Of a stretch of 32,000 bases of DNA, positions 30,983-32,000 are shown piece by piece. The position numbers and the translations under genes were made by a program. The stretch is from assembly GCF_000009705.1 (NCBI RefSeq), contig NC_003272.1:2610001-2642000 (forward strand), read 5' to 3'. The stretch is from Nostoc sp. PCC 7120 = FACHB-418 (lineage in GTDB: Bacteria; Cyanobacteriota; Cyanobacteriia; Cyanobacteriales; Nostocaceae). Positions within the stretch are counted from its first letter, which is position 1, and each line of letters begins with the position of its first letter. The notes under the pieces are model-generated. The model was not told the origin of the DNA. It saw only the letters and a program-made list of their open reading frames with translations, and made no database searches.

Positions 30983-31048
30983 TCTTTCCTCAATACTGCC
31001 TTTGTCAATGAACAATGATGCTTAAATTAAGGCTCGGCTAACTACTTA

Positions 31049-31232
31049 TTATACCCAATGTTCCATCTAATCCCCTTCCATAAGTGTTTATACTGAACTG
31101 TTCTGTATAATACCCTAAATTCCAGTATTATACCGAATCTTTCCTTATAAACAACCTTTTTAAGTGGTTTATACGGAAAATATTCCATATAAATCTTCAT
31201 ACAGGGTTATTCAAAAGAACTATTCCGTATTT
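31049..31232. promoter_or_regulatory. Periodic array of inverted 10-bp half-sites (TTATAC.GAA / TTC.GTATAA) upstream of the ThsB-like gene
   Basis: The pairs are TTATACCCAA-tg-TTCCATCTAA (31049), TTATACTGAA-ctg-TTCTGTATAA (31088), TTATACCGAA-tct-TTCCTTATAA (31128) and TTATACGGAA-aata-TTCCATATAA (31169). Starts are spaced 39, 40 and 41 bp apart. Extra half-sites include TTCCATAAG (31076), TTCCAGTAT (31120) and TTCCGTAT (31223). Confidence 0.5.
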
Positions 31233-31248
31233 TAGATGGGGATATTTG
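31232..31248. repeat. Right copy of the exact 17-bp direct repeat TTAGATGGGGATATTTG
   Basis: It is identical to 27066..27082. It lies immediately outside the half-site array and 13 bp from a MITE. Confidence 0.8.
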
Positions 31249-31261
31249 ATTTTAAATAAAC

Positions 31262-31386
31262 CAGGACTTACGCAAGTGTCACAATCGATATTTGGTGCGT
31301 GACGCTATAAATCTCATGACTACGTTCAAATACTTTTGCAGCGTCACACACCCTACGTGAAAAATATGCCAGTTGCGTAAGTCCTA
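31262..31386. mobile_element. 125-bp MITE with the same terminal inverted repeat family as 20963..21091 ((C/T)AGGACTTACGCAA) and a 5-bp target duplication TAAAC
   Basis: The left end is caggacttacgcaa and the right end is ttgcgtaagtccta. TAAAC occurs at 31257..31261 and 31387..31391. The interior differs from the first copy and has its own inverted repeat (ggtgcgtgacgct / agcgtcacacacc). Confidence 0.7.
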
Positions 31387-31725
31387 TAAACTTAATAATT
31401 AATTGGGATGTTGGGAATTCGTCAACGTTTTTTTGCTAATTCAAGAACAGCGATCGCTATTGTAACTCAATGACTCTCCAGATACCGATATCAATGTTTG
31501 AAAATAAGTCTCCTGACCTTGAATGAGGAGTTCCCGAAAGATACTTAAATATCAAAACTTTAACACGAAGAAAAAAGTTTGAATTTAATTAAATCCAATC
31601 TCGATCATCAGTCGTCTTAGTAAACAGATGCGTCACAATTGACCACTCCAGTACCCATCTCAGGTCAGCATTGTGGCAGCATATTGCAAATTAAACAGTT
31701 TTAGTCTGAGAATAGGAAGAATTTT

Positions 31726-32000
31726 ATGCACAAACGCGCAAACTTCTTGCTCAAAATTTGTTTGAGCAGCCTGGTTTTTACTGCATCAATATTAGCAACA
31801 ACCACAGCCAGTATTTCTGCAACCGAAGCTAAATCATCAATTACAAAAGTTGCTCAGGTAAATCCATCTACTGCTACTAGCAACTCTGTAGGCGGGCCGT
31901 TAGCTAAAGAACTTCAAGGAAAACCAGTTGTAGTAGACGTGTTTGCTACTTGGTGTGCTGGCTGTAAGAATATTGCTCCTACTTTGTCACAGTTGAAACA
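31726..32000 (+). CDS. Secreted thioredoxin-like / TlpA-type thiol-disulfide oxidoreductase, N-terminal part (gene continues past the window end)
   Basis: MHKRANFLLKICLSSLVFTASILATTTASISA is a signal peptide. It is followed by GKPVVVDVFATWCAGCKNIAPTLSQLK with a WCxxC active site. AGGAAG lies upstream of the ATG. Confidence 0.75.
   Translation, partial: MHKRANFLLKICLSSLVFTASILATTTASISATEAKSSITKVAQVNPSTATSNSVGGPLAKELQGKPVVVDVFATWCAGCKNIAPTLSQLK

Noticed and set aside
1042-31015. Long N-terminal extensions in the ORF track that begin at TTG or GTG: 1042, 2052, 8196, 9398, 17452, 8029 (-), 28341 (-), 28453 (-) and 31015 (-).
   Set aside because: Paralogue alignment, overlap with upstream genes, or a better Shine-Dalgarno plus ATG downstream favour shorter products. 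The extended parts overlap regulatory motifs or neighbouring genes.
31049-31232. Whether the periodic repeats upstream of the ThsB-like gene, or the EEGR repeat at 7298..7354, could be a CRISPR array.
   Set aside because: The repeat units are 10-12 bp rather than 25-40 bp. The spacers are not unique sequences of uniform length. No cas genes are present. These are operator-like half-sites and a coding microsatellite respectively.
1-32000. A search by eye for tRNA, rRNA, tmRNA or riboswitch-like structures.
   Set aside because: I recognised no cloverleaf-type segments, rRNA signatures or known riboswitch cores. Small RNAs cannot be excluded without covariance-model searches.

Overview
The window looks like a chromosomal accessory region of a filamentous cyanobacterium (Nostocales-like). 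The evidence is roughly three dozen copies of the HIP1 palindrome GCGATCGC counted by eye, Nostoc-style short dispersed repeats and MITEs, and the gene content. There are two main blocks. (1) Positions 2.0-22.2 kb hold an amplified iron-siderophore uptake region built from paralogous cassettes: a PchR-like AraC regulator, a TonB-dependent receptor (TBDT) with an AMIN-like N-terminal extension, and a FecB/FhuD-like lipoprotein substrate-binding protein (SBP). Cassettes 1 and 3 are intact. Cassette 2 is visibly decaying through a MITE insertion, an in-frame stop and a deletion that fuses the receptor to the binding-protein tail. A fourth AraC gene has no partner genes. Cassette 3 additionally carries a sucrase/ferredoxin-like (Apd1/Aim32-type CX8C...HXGGH) gene and an MFS transporter. 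Copies of an Rpn/PD-(D/E)XK-like DUF4351 gene, each with a conserved 3' flank, sit at the cassette junctions. (2) Positions 27.07-31.25 kb hold an AT-rich island bounded by an exact 17-bp direct repeat. It contains BrnT/BrnA, VapB/VapC, an unknown membrane protein and what I read as a Thoeris type II-like defence pair. That pair is a TIR-like ThsB plus a 2TM-Macro ThsA whose transmembrane (TM) and Macro modules are split by a +1 frame change at AAA AGG TAA. A periodic array of palindromic half-sites precedes it. Between the blocks lie housekeeping-type genes: GH13 alpha-amylase, PPK2, and an ECF sigma / anti-sigma pair. A tyrosine-recombinase remnant also lies there. The window edges carry a partial TPS/haemagglutinin-type exoprotein gene and a partial thioredoxin-like gene. 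No rRNA, tRNA or CRISPR array was recognised. All family assignments come from motif recognition by eye, since no searches could be run.
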